A stretch of DNA of 64,000 nucleotides from an uncultured delta proteobacterium (GTDB lineage Bacteria; Myxococcota; UBA727; VGSZ01), in NCBI GenBank assembly GCA_963775425.1, contig CAVZJB010000008.1, positions 320,001 to 384,000 of the forward strand. Direction: 5' to 3'. The notes under the pieces are model-generated. The model had not been told where the DNA came from, did not search any database, and worked only from the letters and a program-made list of their open reading frames with translations. Made by a program: the position numbers and the translations under genes. Below are positions 1 to 14,637 of the stretch, piece after piece; the stretch's first letter is position 1; the number at the start of each line of letters is the position of its first letter.

Positions 1-320
1 TCGAACACCGACGCCTTGCCGGCCTCGGCGGTGTGCGCGCTCGTGGCGCCGCCTCCGCCGTCGTCGCCCGCCGCAGCGGCGCCCGCGTCCGTCGCGCCGT
101 CGCGCGGGGGCTCGTCCGCCGCCGGCGCGGCGCCCGCGTCCGTTTCTTCGTGGCGCGGGGGCACGTCCCCCGCCGGCGCGCCGGCGTCGTCGTCGGTCGT
201 CGTGGCGGCGCCGGCGTCGGCGGACGCCAGCGCGCCGTGGCCGGCGTCGACGGCGGGCTCGGTCTTGCAGGCCAAGAGGCTGAGCGCGCCGGCCGCGGCG
301 AGGAGGTGCAGTCTCGTCAT
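1..320 (-). CDS. Putative lipoprotein (N-terminal part; runs off the window edge)
   Basis: Hand translation from ATG at 320: MTRLHLLAAAGALSLLACKTEPAVDAG..., a signal peptide with lipobox LLAC followed by low-complexity DAG-rich sequence. Not in the supplied ORF track. Confidence 0.65.
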   Translation of the reverse strand, partial: MTRLHLLAAAGALSLLACKTEPAVDAGHGALASADAGAATTTDDDAGAPAGDVPPRHEETDAGAAPAADEPPRDGATDAGAAAAGDDGGGGATSAHTAEAGKASVF

Positions 321-407
321 GGGCACGAGGGTGGACCAAACACCCGCCGAAGCTCAAGGCGCGCGAACGGGTTTGCCTTTCTCGACGCGGCGAACCACGA
401 CGGGTGG

Positions 408-2102
408 ATGGCCTCCTCCGGGCGCCGCCTGCCGCCGATCGCCACGCACCGCCTGCGCGCCGTCGCCGCCGCGCTCGAGCACCCGCGCGTGCACGCCCTC
501 GTCGCCGCGCCGCTGCGCCTCGCCCGCCGGCGCGCGGCCGCCGGCGACGTCGCCTTTCCGGCGCCGCCGCCGCTGCCGCCCGCGCCCGCCGGCGCCGGCG
601 ACGGCGACGACGACGGCAGCGCGGCGCGGCTCCTGCGCGCGCCGCCGCCGCAGCTCCGCACCGACGGCGGCCTCCCCTCCGGCGTCGACTTCGCCGCCGC
701 CTACGCCGCCGGCCGCGCGAGCCCCGTCGACGTCGCCGAGGCGTTCCTCGCCGCCGTCGAGGACAGCGAGCGCGGCGATCCGCCCATGCGCTTCTTCATC
801 TCCCTCGACGCCGGCGATGTGCGCGCGCAGGCCGCGGCGTCGGCGCAGCGGCACCGCGAGGGCCGCCCGCTGTCGCTCCTCGACGGCGTGCCCGTCGCGG
901 TGAAGGACGAGATCGATCAGCGCGGCTACGTCACCACGCTCGGCACCCGGTTGCCCGGGCTGCGCCGCGCGAGCCGCGACTGCGTGGCGGTCGGGCGCCT
1001 GCGCGCGCAAGGCGCGCTCCTCGTCGGCAAGGCGAACATGCACGTGCTCGGCGCCGGGCCGCAGGGTGGAAACGCGGACTTCGGCACCGCGCGCAACCCG
1101 TGGAACCCCGCGCACTTCCCCGGCGGCTCGTCGAGCGGCTCGGCGGCGCTCGTCGCGGCGGGCCTCGTGCCGCTCGCCGTCGGCTGCGACGGTGGCGGCT
1201 CCATTCGCATCCCGGCGTCGTTCTGCGGTGACGTCGGGCTCAAGCCGACGTTCGCGCGCATCCCCAAGGCCGGCGAGACCCCGCCCATCGCCCACAGCGT
1301 CACGCACATCGGGCCCATCGGCCGCACCGTCCACGACGTGGCGCTCGGCCTCGCCGCTATGGCCGGCGCGCTCGCGCCGGGTGAGGCCGCCGGCCTCGTC
1401 GACGGGGACGTGGCCGGTGTCGCGGCGCCGCCGCCGTCGCTGGACGGCTGGGATTGGGAGGACCTCGCCGGGCTCACGGTCGGCGTCGTCGAGGCGTGGT
1501 GGGCGGACGCCACCCGCGAGGTCGCGCGGGCGTGCGAGCGCACGCTGGGCGCGCTCGAGGCGCGAGGCGCGCGCGTCGTCGACGTCGAGGTCGAAGGCCT
1601 CGACGAGGTGCGCGACGTCCTCGTGGCCACCATCGGCGCCGAGGTGCAGCACAACGCGTGGTTCCTCGACGCGGCGGCGCGCCGCACGCTCCCGCCCGAC
1701 GTGCGCATCGGGCTCGCGGTCGCTCGCCACATCGGCCGGAGCGAGTACGCCGCCGCGCAGCGCGTACGCGCGGGCATGGCGGCGTCGATGTGGCGCTTGC
1801 TCGAGCGCGTCGACGTGCTCGTGTCGCCGTCGACGGTGCGCACCGCGCCGCCGGTGCCGCGGGACGACGTCGCCGACGTCGCGCAGACCGTGGAGCTCAT
1901 GCGCACCACCGCGCTCGCCAACCTCACCGGGCAGCCGGCCATCTCGGTGCCCGCCGGCTTCGACAAGGACGGGCTGCCCATCGGCTTCCAGGCGATGGCG
2001 CGCCCCTGGGATGAGGCCGTGCTCCTGCGCGTCGCCCGCGCGGTCGAGCGCCCCGTCGAGCGAGCCCCGCCGCGCTCGTGGCGCGTGCTGCCCTCGAGCT
2101 AG
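408..2102 (+). CDS. Amidase signature family protein (fatty acid amide hydrolase-like)
   Basis: LDGVPVAVKDE, GKANMH, PGGSSSGS and GCDGGGSIRIPAS motifs give the Lys-Ser-Ser triad; C-terminal GLPIGFQ. Start placed at ATG 408. Confidence 0.9.
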   Translation: MASSGRRLPPIATHRLRAVAAALEHPRVHALVAAPLRLARRRAAAGDVAFPAPPPLPPAPAGAGDGDDDGSAARLLRAPPPQLRTDGGLPSGVDFAAAYAAGRASPVDVAEAFLAAVEDSERGDPPMRFFISLDAGDVRAQAAASAQRHREGRPLSLLDGVPVAVKDEIDQRGYVTTLGTRLPGLRRASRDCVAVGRLRAQGALLVGKANMHVLGAGPQGGNADFGTARNPWNPAHFPGGSSSGSAALVAAGLVPLAVGCDGGGSIRIPASFCGDVGLKPTFARIPKAGETPPIAHSVTHIGPIGRTVHDVALGLAAMAGALAPGEAAGLVDGDVAGVAAPPPSLDGWDWEDLAGLTVGVVEAWWADATREVARACERTLGALEARGARVVDVEVEGLDEVRDVLVATIGAEVQHNAWFLDAAARRTLPPDVRIGLAVARHIGRSEYAAAQRVRAGMAASMWRLLERVDVLVSPSTVRTAPPVPRDDVADVAQTVELMRTTALANLTGQPAISVPAGFDKDGLPIGFQAMARPWDEAVLLRVARAVERPVERAPPRSWRVLPSS

Positions 2103-2163
2103 GGCGGGCTCGTCCCCCGCGTCGAGGTCGATGGCCGGCACGATCGCCGCGCGGAGTCGCCGC

Positions 2164-4263
2164 TCAGCTCCGCCGCTCGAGGGAAGGCCGCACGAAGCGC
2201 TCCCAGAACGCCGCCAGCGCCGGCCGCGCGCCGATGCGGGTGAGCGGCGGCAGGGTCTCGAGGAAGACACGGCCGTAGCGCTTCTTGCGCAGGCGTCCGT
2301 CGAGGACGGCGACGATGCCGGCGTCGTCGACGTCGCGCAAAAGCCTCCCCGCGCCCTGCTTGAGCGAGAGCGCCGCCTCCGGGAGCGCGATGTCGTTGAA
2401 GGGATCCCCGCCTCGCTGCCGGCACAGGTCCGCGCGCGCGCGCCGCAGCGGATCCGTGGGCACGTCGAAGGGCAACCGGTCCATCACCACGAGGCGCAGC
2501 GCGCGGCCGCGCACGTCGACGCCCTCCCAGAACGAGCGCGTCGCACACAACAAGGCGCCGGTCTCGCCGTCGTGCGCGCGCAGCTCGTCGAGGAGCTTCT
2601 TCTTTTGCATCTGCCCTTGCTTCAGCACGGGCACGCCGAGCGCCGCCGCCGCGGGCAAGAGGGCCGCGTGCGCCTCGTCGAGCGCGGCGTTGCTCGTGAA
2701 CAAGAAGAGCGCGCCGCCGCGGGTGGTCTCGAGGAGGAAGCGCATCTCGTCGAGCAGCGCCTCGCCGTACTTCGCGTGGTTCGGCTCCGGCATCTCCTTC
2801 GGGCAATAGAGCGCCGCGCGCCTGGCGAAGTCGAAGGGCGAGGGGAGCACGGCGCTCCTGGTGCCGGCCGCGGCCCCGATGCGCGCGAGGAAGGGCGCGA
2901 CGTCGCCGGCCACGGCCAGCGTGGCGCTCGTCATCACCACCGGCTGCTCCATGCGAAACAGCGACGACGACAGCGCCGCCGCCACGTCCACGGGCGCCGC
3001 CGTCACCACCGCGCCGCGCCGCGTGGGCTCGCTCACCACGACGTAGCGCGGGTCCTCGAGCGCCTTGTGCAGCACGAACTCGATCTCGCCGCGCGCGGTG
3101 TAGGCCCGCTCGAGGAGCCGCAGCCGCTCCGCCATGCGCGTGGCCGCGTCGGGCCCGCCCGCGAGGTTCTCGTCGGGCAGCGCGTCGAGCACGCCGTGCA
3201 GCGACGCGAGCGCCTCCGCCGCGCCGTCGATGAGCGACCGCGCCGACGACGGCAACACCAGGCGCGCCCGCTCGCGCTCCCGCGACGGCACCGACGCCAT
3301 CAACCGCTCGACGCGCTCCTCGGCGCCGATCATCGCGTCGAGCACCGCGGCGCGGTTGTCGCCGCCGAGGCCGTCGGCGTGCTTGCGCACGTCGCCAAAC
3401 AGACGCATCAGCGACGCGCTCCCCACCGAGACGCCGAAGTAGTCGCTCGCCACCTCGGGAAGCGCGTGGGCCTCGTCGATGACGTACGCGTCGACGTCGG
3501 GGAGCACGTGGGCCAGCGCGCCGGCCCAGGTGCTCTCCCCGCTCTCGCCGTCGGAGGATGCGTCGCCCACCGGTGTGGCCGCGAGGCGCAGCCGCATGTC
3601 CGCGCACAGCAGGTGGTGGTTGGCGATGACGAGGCGCGCGCCCTCGGCCCTTCGCTTCATCTGCACCACGAAGCACTTCTCGTAGTGCATGCACCGCGTG
3701 CCGATGCACGTCTCGCTGCCGCAGTCGAAATCGCTCCAGGCGACATAGGGATCGGGCAGGCCCTCGATCTCGGCGCGGTCGCCGGTCGTGGTGCGCTCGG
3801 CCCAGCGCTGGATCTGCACGAGCTCCTTCGCCTCCGCCGAAAACGCGAACGTCGGTTGCAGCGAGAAGCGCTCGAAGCGCAGCTTGCACAGATAGTTCTG
3901 CCGGCCCTTGACGAGGACGGCGTCGCGCTCGGGGTCGAGGCCGTCGTGGTCGCCGAGGAGGTCGGCGACGGCGGCGAGCGCGAGCGGGACGTCCTTGGTG
4001 TAGAGCTGGTCCTGGAGGGCCTTGGTCCCCGTGGTCACCACCACGCTCTTTTCGGCGAGCAGCGCGACGGCGAGGTACGCGAGCGACTTGCCCGTGCCGG
4101 TGCCGGCCTCCACGGCGAGGCGGCGGCCGCCGCCGCCGGTGAGCGCGTCGGCGACGGCGTGCGCCATGTCGATCTGCGCGGTGCGCGGCTTGTACCCGGT
4201 GAGCCGCTTGTGGAGCGGGCCGTCCGCGGCGAAGAACGCGTCGACGGCGCCGTGCAGCGTCAC
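2164..4263 (-). CDS. ATP-dependent DNA helicase, DinG/YoaA family
   Basis: Walker A VEAGTGTGKS, DEAH box, Fe-S cysteines, SFWEGVDV, KQGAGRLLR. The GTG start overlaps the upstream stop (GTGA). Confidence 0.93.
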   Translation of the reverse strand: MTLHGAVDAFFAADGPLHKRLTGYKPRTAQIDMAHAVADALTGGGGRRLAVEAGTGTGKSLAYLAVALLAEKSVVVTTGTKALQDQLYTKDVPLALAAVADLLGDHDGLDPERDAVLVKGRQNYLCKLRFERFSLQPTFAFSAEAKELVQIQRWAERTTTGDRAEIEGLPDPYVAWSDFDCGSETCIGTRCMHYEKCFVVQMKRRAEGARLVIANHHLLCADMRLRLAATPVGDASSDGESGESTWAGALAHVLPDVDAYVIDEAHALPEVASDYFGVSVGSASLMRLFGDVRKHADGLGGDNRAAVLDAMIGAEERVERLMASVPSRERERARLVLPSSARSLIDGAAEALASLHGVLDALPDENLAGGPDAATRMAERLRLLERAYTARGEIEFVLHKALEDPRYVVVSEPTRRGAVVTAAPVDVAAALSSSLFRMEQPVVMTSATLAVAGDVAPFLARIGAAAGTRSAVLPSPFDFARRAALYCPKEMPEPNHAKYGEALLDEMRFLLETTRGGALFLFTSNAALDEAHAALLPAAAALGVPVLKQGQMQKKKLLDELRAHDGETGALLCATRSFWEGVDVRGRALRLVVMDRLPFDVPTDPLRRARADLCRQRGGDPFNDIALPEAALSLKQGAGRLLRDVDDAGIVAVLDGRLRKKRYGRVFLETLPPLTRIGARPALAAFWERFVRPSLERRS

Positions 4264-5056
4264 CCGCGCTCGCCCCTCGCGATGCGGCGGCGCTTGACGA
4301 CGACGGCGACGGCGATGGCGGCGCCGAGGACGGCGATGCCCGCGCCGCTCGCGATCGGGACCACCCGCTGTCGCCGCGGCGCGAGCGCGAGCCCGCTCCG
4401 CTCGACGAGGGCGCGCAGGCCCTGCGGCGCGACGGGCTCTCCCTGCACGTGCTCCTCGACGTGCTCGCCCTGCTTGAAAGAAAAGCCCGCGAGCAGCGCC
4501 GTGAACGCGGCGTCGTCGGCGGTGTCGGCGCGCGGGCGCGTCAAGGTCACGTGCACGACCCCGTGCCGCCCGAGGATCGCGCGGTGGACGTTTTCGTCGC
4601 CGCCGTGGGCGACGCGCCACGAGAGCGTGTGCGCCGGGATGTCGTAGACCGGCCGCTCGCCGCCCCCCTCCCCGACGGGCGCGTCGGCAGGGGTGAAAGG
4701 GTCGTCCTTGTCGACGGTGACGAAGCCGAGCGGCGCGTACTCGAACAGCACCTTGCCGCCGCCCGGCAGCCCGACGAGCGCCACCTCGAGGCCGCTCTGC
4801 GGGTTGTGCGTGAGCGCCTCCCACGCCTTGGCGCCGTCTTTGCCGGTGGAGACGTCGCCCTCGGGCACCTCGAGCGTGGCGACGCCGAGGTCGGCGCTGA
4901 GCGGGCCCTCGCGCAGGCCGAGCTTCCGGTTTTGCGCGTCCTGCTCCGGCGGATGCGGCCCCGCCGCTCCCGCCGCCGCCGCGACGAGCAACGCGCCCAC
5001 GGCGGCCGCGCGCGCCACCGAGGCGCGCCCCACGACGAGAGGGTCGCCGCAGGGCA

Positions 5057-5057
<1 letters not shown>
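4260..5057 (-). CDS. DUF2167-like membrane-anchored secreted protein
   Basis: Signal peptide; ATLEVPEG, HNP, FEYAPLGFV, PVYD..HTLSW and RAILGRHGV resemble DUF2167; C-terminal TM segment followed by basic residues. Confidence 0.6.
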
Positions 5058-7165
<2,108 letters not shown>

Positions 7166-7231
7166 CTGCCTGGTTCTCCCACGCCGGCCCCGACGAAGGA
7201 AGCGCCCGCCCGGTCGGGACGCCGCAGGGTT

Positions 7232-7999
7232 CTACGGGTTGATCGGCTTGCAGATGTTGGTGCCCGCCTGGCAGCGGAAGCCCTGTTGGCAGCCGTCGTC
7301 GGGGGTGGACGTGTTGCAGCGGCTGCCTTCGTCGCCGGGGGCGCCGCAGCTCACGCCGGTGGTGAGGTCGCCCACGAAGCACTCGAAGCCCGAACCGCAG
7401 TTGACGCGGACGGGAGCGCACGCGTCGTCGCCGGGCGTGAAGCAGGGCTCCCCCCTCACCGGCGCCGCCACGCACGTCAGCCCGCACTGACCCGCCTGGC
7501 GACACGATTCGCCGGCGCCGCACCCGTTGATGCACTCGTTGACGACGCAGACATGGCCGCTGCGATCGGCGAGCGTGCCGCAGTTGACGCTCGCGCAGTC
7601 CGTCGGCGAGGTGCAGGCGGCGCCGAGCGTCCCCGCCGTGACGCACGTGGCGTCGGACGAGCACGCGAGGCCGGCGGCGCAGCCGTCGTCGGGCGGGTTC
7701 GGTCCGTCCACGGTGGGAAAGATGCACGGGCCGCCCAACGCCGACGGCGCGACGCACGCAAACGCGCCCGCGCCCTCCGTCGACGCCGCCGCGCACTCGA
7801 GCCCGCTGTCGCACGCGCGGCTGACGATATCGGAGCGGCAGGTCTCGCCGGCCTGCGCCGGCCCTTGTGGCCCTGCGTCGGCGGGCGGCGGCGGCGGCGG
7901 CTCCTCGGGCGGGGGGCAACCGGCGCTGAAGAGCAGGGCGAAGACCGCGGCGAACGCGGCGAGACGGGGAGCCACGACGCGATCGTACCGCGTTCGCAT
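7232..7999 (-). CDS. Cysteine-rich lipoprotein
   Basis: Signal peptide with lipobox (FSAGC), Pro-rich linker, repeated G.xC...DDGC..G..C modules. Confidence 0.75.
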   Translation of the reverse strand: MRTRYDRVVAPRLAAFAAVFALLFSAGCPPPEEPPPPPPADAGPQGPAQAGETCRSDIVSRACDSGLECAAASTEGAGAFACVAPSALGGPCIFPTVDGPNPPDDGCAAGLACSSDATCVTAGTLGAACTSPTDCASVNCGTLADRSGHVCVVNECINGCGAGESCRQAGQCGLTCVAAPVRGEPCFTPGDDACAPVRVNCGSGFECFVGDLTTGVSCGAPGDEGSRCNTSTPDDGCQQGFRCQAGTNICKPINP

Positions 8000-8036
8000 G
8001 GCGAATGAGCACGCCGGCGCGCGGCGCGGCGGTCCG

Positions 8037-10244
<2,208 letters not shown>

Positions 10245-10332
10245 TCGTCCTCGTCGCCGGAGGCCGGCGGGCATCATTGTCGACGCCGCCTCCACCCTTG
10301 GCAAGCGGCGGGCACCGATGCACGCTCGCTTG

Positions 10333-11694
10333 ATGACTCAGACTCCGCGCGGCGCCACGATCGTCGTCAAGTCGGGCGGCGGGCTTTCGCTCGAGCGCCC
10401 GACCTTCGAGCTCCTCGAGCAGACCGGCGGCAAGAAGCACCGCTTCGACGCCATCGCCGTGCGCATCGGCGCCGGCCGTGGCAACGACCTGCTGCTCGAC
10501 AACCTCACAGTGTCCTCGGTCCACGCCGAGATCCAGGCCACGCCGCGCGGCTTCAAGCTCGTCGATCTCGGCAGCACCAACGGCACCACGGTCAACGGCG
10601 TGCGCATCGTCGAGGCCTTCCTCGAGGACGGCTGCACCGTCGGCATCGGCGAGGTGATGCTGCAGTTCAAGCTCGGCAAGGAGAACGTCAGCCAGCCGAT
10701 GAGCGAGGCCACCGAGCTGCACGGCGCCGTCGGCGCGTCGCCCGCCATGCGCGCGATCTTCTCGCGCATCGACCGCGTCGCCAAGACCGACGCCACCGTG
10801 CTCATCCACGGCGAGACGGGCACCGGCAAGGAGGTCGTCGCCTGGTCCATCTACGAGGCGAGCAAGCGCAAGGACGGCCCCTTCGTCGTCGTCGACTGCG
10901 GCGGCATCGCCCCCACCCTCATCGAGAGCGAGCTGTTCGGCCATGAGAAGGGCGCCTACACCGGCGCCCACACGAGGCGCCTCGGCGCCTTCGAGCGCGC
11001 CCACGGCGGCACGCTCTTCCTCGACGAGCTCGGCGAGCTCGGCCTCGATCTGCAGCCCAAGCTGCTGCGGGCGCTCGAGCGCCGCGAGATCCAGCGGCTC
11101 GGCGGCGACAAGCCCATCGCCGTCGACGTCCGCATCGTCGCCGCCACCAACCGCGACCTGCGCGGCATGGTCGCGCGCGGCGAGTTCCGCGAGGACCTCT
11201 ACTACCGGCTCGCCGTCGTCACCCTCGAGATCCCGCCGCTGCGCGAGCGCAAGGAGGACATCGAGGTCCTCGTCGATCACTTCCTGAAGGGCCTCGGCCT
11301 CGATCGCAAAGCGCTGCCCGAGGGCGCCGTCGCGCGCTTCCTCGAGCACTCCTGGCCGGGCAACGCGCGGGAGCTGAAGAACGCCGTGGAGCGCGCGGTG
11401 GTGCTCGGCGAGACCAAGTTCCTCACGGGTCCCGGCGACGCGCCGAGGGCGAGCGGCGCCGCGCCGGCGGCCGAGGGCGCCACGGGGACCTACGTCGTCG
11501 ACGCGAGCGAGCTGTACAAGGACCAGAAGGCCAAGGTGGTCGCCGACTTCGAGGAGCGCTACGTGCGCCTGTTGATGAAGGAGCACGCGGGCAACGTCTC
11601 CGCCGCCGCCCGCGTCGCCGGGATCGACCGCATGAGCCTGCACAAGATCCTGGCCCGCTACGGCCTCGACGCCCGCGCGCTCGCCAAGACCTAG
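10333..11694 (+). CDS. FHA-domain sigma54-dependent enhancer-binding protein
   Basis: FHA motifs ([20 protein letters not shown]), [40 protein letters not shown]-terminal Fis-type HTH. Alternative start at 10318. Confidence 0.93.
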   Translation: MTQTPRGATIVVKSGGGLSLERPTFELLEQTGGKKHRFDAIAVRIGAGRGNDLLLDNLTVSSVHAEIQATPRGFKLVDLGSTNGTTVNGVRIVEAFLEDGCTVGIGEVMLQFKLGKENVSQPMSEATELHGAVGASPAMRAIFSRIDRVAKTDATVLIHGETGTGKEVVAWSIYEASKRKDGPFVVVDCGGIAPTLIESELFGHEKGAYTGAHTRRLGAFERAHGGTLFLDELGELGLDLQPKLLRALERREIQRLGGDKPIAVDVRIVAATNRDLRGMVARGEFREDLYYRLAVVTLEIPPLRERKEDIEVLVDHFLKGLGLDRKALPEGAVARFLEHSWPGNARELKNAVERAVVLGETKFLTGPGDAPRASGAAPAAEGATGTYVVDASELYKDQKAKVVADFEERYVRLLMKEHAGNVSAAARVAGIDRMSLHKILARYGLDARALAKT

Positions 11695-11704
11695 GGCGAG
11701 CGGC

Positions 11705-12154
11705 TCAGGCCGGGACGAGCGCCCCAATCTCGCGCTCGTGGCCGGCGGTCCAGCGGCCGAACAGGGAGGCCTCGACAGCGAGGTGCTCCTGGATCTCGTC
11801 CAACAGGTGGCCCAGGCGCCGCATGATGGGGAGGTCCCCGTCGACGTCGCGGCAGGCGGCGCGCACCTCCTCGACGGCGGCGAAGAGCTTGCGCGCGTCC
11901 TCCGCGTGCGCCTGTCGCAGCGTGGCCGGGCAGGGGCTGCCCGCGTCGAACGACGGGAACAGCCGCATCTCTTGCAGCAGGTTGTGGGCGAAGAGGCGCT
12001 CGCCGAGGCGGTCGAGGCTGCGGCGGAGCCCGCGGATCGGGCCGCTCTGCAGGCGGTCGCGCACGACGCGGAGCTCGTCGTCGAAGGCGCGGTGGTAGCG
12101 CTCGGTGAGGAAGTCCGTGTCGACGTCTCGGCGGCGGCGGGGTTCGGGGATCAT
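11705..12154 (-). CDS. Hemerythrin/HHE-like domain protein
   Basis: YH, AHNLLQEMRLFP, AH and EHLAVEASLF pattern; GAGGAG RBS upstream of ATG 12154. Confidence 0.6.
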   Translation of the reverse strand: MIPEPRRRRDVDTDFLTERYHRAFDDELRVVRDRLQSGPIRGLRRSLDRLGERLFAHNLLQEMRLFPSFDAGSPCPATLRQAHAEDARKLFAAVEEVRAACRDVDGDLPIMRRLGHLLDEIQEHLAVEASLFGRWTAGHEREIGALVPA

Positions 12155-12188
12155 CGGGCGCTCCTCGTCGGGGTCGGTGCCGCCTGCG

Positions 12189-12206
12189 CATCGAAAACCG
12201 TGCCAG
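12189..12206 (-). promoter_or_regulatory. Possible sigma54-like promoter (imperfect -12)
   Basis: Minus strand reads CTGGCACGGTTTTCGAT: perfect TGGCAC but GA instead of GC at -12, shortly upstream of the hemerythrin-like gene. Confidence 0.25.
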
Positions 12207-12346
12207 CCGGCCGGACGCGCCCGCTGGTGTCGAGCGCGGCTTCGGGCGGAGGCGGTGCGTGCGGGCCGGCACACACCGCCTGTGCAGTCTGACCCTGATC
12301 TTCGCGAGCGCCCGTCCTGGTCCCCGCGTCGCGGTAGCATCGCGCG

Positions 12347-13093
12347 ATGTCGGTGCGCCTCGACGCCAGGGACCGCCTGCCGCGGCGCGTGGTGAGCGCC
12401 GGTATCGCGGCGATGGCCGGTGCCGAGCAGATCGCGAGGGCCGTGCGGCGCTTCGGCGTCGAGGGCGCGCGCGCGCTCGGCCACGCGCCGCTGCGCGGGG
12501 AGGAGCTCGAGGGGCTGCTGTTGTCCGTCCCCTACCGCGACCGCGACGTGTTCGTCGACGAGCTGCTCGGCTTCGCCGCCCCGCCGCCCGACGTCGCCGA
12601 TCTCCCGCGCGGGGCGGTGCCGTACCTGCCGTGCGGCGTCGAGGAGATCCTCGCCATGGGTCGGGAGGCGCCGCTGGCGCCGCACGACGAGCTGGTGGAC
12701 CTCGGCTCGGGCGTCGGCCGCGTCGTCATCCTCGCGCACCTGTTGTCCGGCGCGCGGAGCCGCGGCGTCGAGATTCAGCGCCCCCTGGTCGACCTCGCCG
12801 AGCTCCGCGCCGCCGAGCTCGGCCTCACCGGCGTCTCCTTCGTGCACGCCGACGCCGCCGAGGTCGCGCTCGACGGCACCGTGTTCTTCCTCTACGCGCC
12901 GTTCAACGGCGACATGTTGACGCGCGTGTTGCGGCGCCTCGAGGACGTCGCTCGCCGACGGCGCATCAAGGTGTGCACCGTCGGGCTCGAGCTGCGCGAC
13001 GTGCCCTGGCTGCGCTCGCGGCCGAGCGCGTGCGTCTCGCTGAGCCTCTATGACTCGCTCCCGCTCAGCGGGCGGCAGCGGGGGCGTAGTTGA
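12347..13093 (+). CDS. Class I SAM-dependent methyltransferase (DOT1-like)
   Basis: VPYLP, LVDLGSGVGRVV, GVEI, FVHAD, VFFLYAPF. Confidence 0.8.
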   Translation: MSVRLDARDRLPRRVVSAGIAAMAGAEQIARAVRRFGVEGARALGHAPLRGEELEGLLLSVPYRDRDVFVDELLGFAAPPPDVADLPRGAVPYLPCGVEEILAMGREAPLAPHDELVDLGSGVGRVVILAHLLSGARSRGVEIQRPLVDLAELRAAELGLTGVSFVHADAAEVALDGTVFFLYAPFNGDMLTRVLRRLEDVARRRRIKVCTVGLELRDVPWLRSRPSACVSLSLYDSLPLSGRQRGRS

Positions 13094-13824
13094 TGGACGC
13101 GGGCAGCACCAGGCCGGCGGCCGGCTCGTCGACCTCGATCTCGTCGTCGGGGATGAACGGCGGGCGGTCCACGCACAGGAGGCTCTGCTCGTCGCCCGTC
13201 GGGTTGTCGTAGCGGTGCGGGAGCTCCTTCGGCCAGTGGTGCGCGACGCCCGCGGGCACGGCCCTTCGCTGCAACAAGAATCCCGTCGGTGAGCACGAGC
13301 TCGTGCTCGTCCATCACCCGGTGCACGTGCGTGGCGATGGCGCGCCCGGGGGCGATGCGCAGGCGATAGATGCCGCAGTCGCGCGCGACGTAGACGACGT
13401 CGACGGCGCCGAACGCCTTGTCCTCGACGGTGAAGGTCTCGTCGGCGGCCGCGCGCTCGATCTCGAGCGAGGCGAGCGCGCCGCCCGCGAGCGCCTCGGG
13501 CTTGGTGAGCTTCACCCGCACCCGCGCCACCGCCGGCCGCGACGGCCCCGTCGTCGCCGGCGGCAACAGCAGCCAGCGCGCGAGCGCCTCGGCCGCGGTC
13601 TCGATCAGGCGGAAGCGGCTGCTCTCGAGGAGGAAGCGCAGCTCGCCGGCCACGCGGCCGTAGTCCACGGTGGCCGAGAGCGTCTCGCTCCGCGCCGACG
13701 CCCGCGTGTCGAGCCAGAGGTCGACGTCGACGACGAGCGGCTGCGGGATGTCGCGCTCGCGCGGAAAGACGCCGACGATGCAGGCCACCTCGAGGTGCCG
13801 GATGGAGAGCACGTCGAGCGTCAT
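13065..13824 (-). pseudogene. folB: Dihydroneopterin aldolase-cupin fusion with an apparent 1-nt frameshift near 13282 (or a sequencing error)
   Basis: FolB motifs IVGVFPRER..QPLVVDV, TVDYG, LIETAAE, KLTKPEA; cupin start THVHRVMDEHE. The cupin continues (HHWPKELPHRYDN...CVDRPPFIPDDE) only in another frame, ending at 13065. Confidence 0.75.
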
Positions 13825-13846
13825 CGGCTGCTCCCGGGCGGCGTCG

Positions 13847-14626
13847 TCACAGCACCGCCGCGCGGCCGCCGTCGACGGGGAGGACGGCGCCGGTGACATA
13901 GGGCGAGCGCGCGAGGAAGACCACGGCGCGCGCGACGTCCTCGGGCGTGCCCTCGCGTTGCATCGGGACGCGCTTGAGGACGGAGGCGCGCTGCGCTTCG
14001 GTGAAGCCCGGCGGAAACGCCACGGTGCCCGGGGCCACGGCGTTCACGCGCACGCGCGGCGCGAGCTCGACGGCGAGGGCCTTGGTGAGCATCACGACGC
14101 CTGCCTTGGACACGCTGTAGTGGGCGTAGCCACGCACCGGGCGCTCCGCCGCGATGTCGGCGACGTGCACCACGCACGGCCCACCCGTCGACGACGAAGC
14201 GCCGGCGCGCTCGAGCGCGGGCATCAAGCGCTGCGTGAGGAAGAACGGCGCCTCGAGGTTCAAGCGCTGCATCGCCCGGTAGCGCGCGCGGTCGATGTCC
14301 GCGAACGGCAGCTTCTCGAAGGCGGCGGCGCTGTGCACGAGGACGTCGACGCCGCAGGGGCCGCCGCGCCCCGCGGCGATCGCGTCGACGCGCGCGGCGA
14401 ACGCGTCGACGCCGTCGTCGTCGCCGAGGTCGGCGCGCTCGACATAGGCGCGCCGCCCATGGGCCTCGACGGCGCGCGCGGTCTCCTGGGCGGCGCCGCT
14501 CGAGCGGTGCGCGTGCACCACGACGTCGAAGCCGTCGCCCGCGAGGGCGACGGCGATGGCGCGCCCGACGCGCACCCCGGCCCCGGTGACGACGGCGAGC
14601 GGTCCGGGAGCACCCTCGGGAGACAC
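13847..14626 (-). CDS. SDR oxidoreductase, pteridine reductase/FolM-like
   Basis: TGAGVRVG, HAHRS, YSVSK, VNAVAPG, VDGGR; adjacent to folB. Confidence 0.85.
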   Translation of the reverse strand: MSPEGAPGPLAVVTGAGVRVGRAIAVALAGDGFDVVVHAHRSSGAAQETARAVEAHGRRAYVERADLGDDDGVDAFAARVDAIAAGRGGPCGVDVLVHSAAAFEKLPFADIDRARYRAMQRLNLEAPFFLTQRLMPALERAGASSSTGGPCVVHVADIAAERPVRGYAHYSVSKAGVVMLTKALAVELAPRVRVNAVAPGTVAFPPGFTEAQRASVLKRVPMQREGTPEDVARAVVFLARSPYVTGAVLPVDGGRAAVL

Positions 14627-14637
14627 GCGCGGGCCGC

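Noticed and set aside
2164-4263. DinG as a type IV CRISPR or defence component
   Set aside because: Housekeeping YoaA-like features, with no cas genes or array nearby.
1066-4647. Very long alternative-frame ORFs (e.g. 1066-4647, 7527-10946, 15061-18411 and the 5' parts of 44985-48818 and 58736-62398)
   Set aside because: Arg/Ala/Pro-rich shadow frames expected in very GC-rich DNA; they overlap genes with clear motifs.
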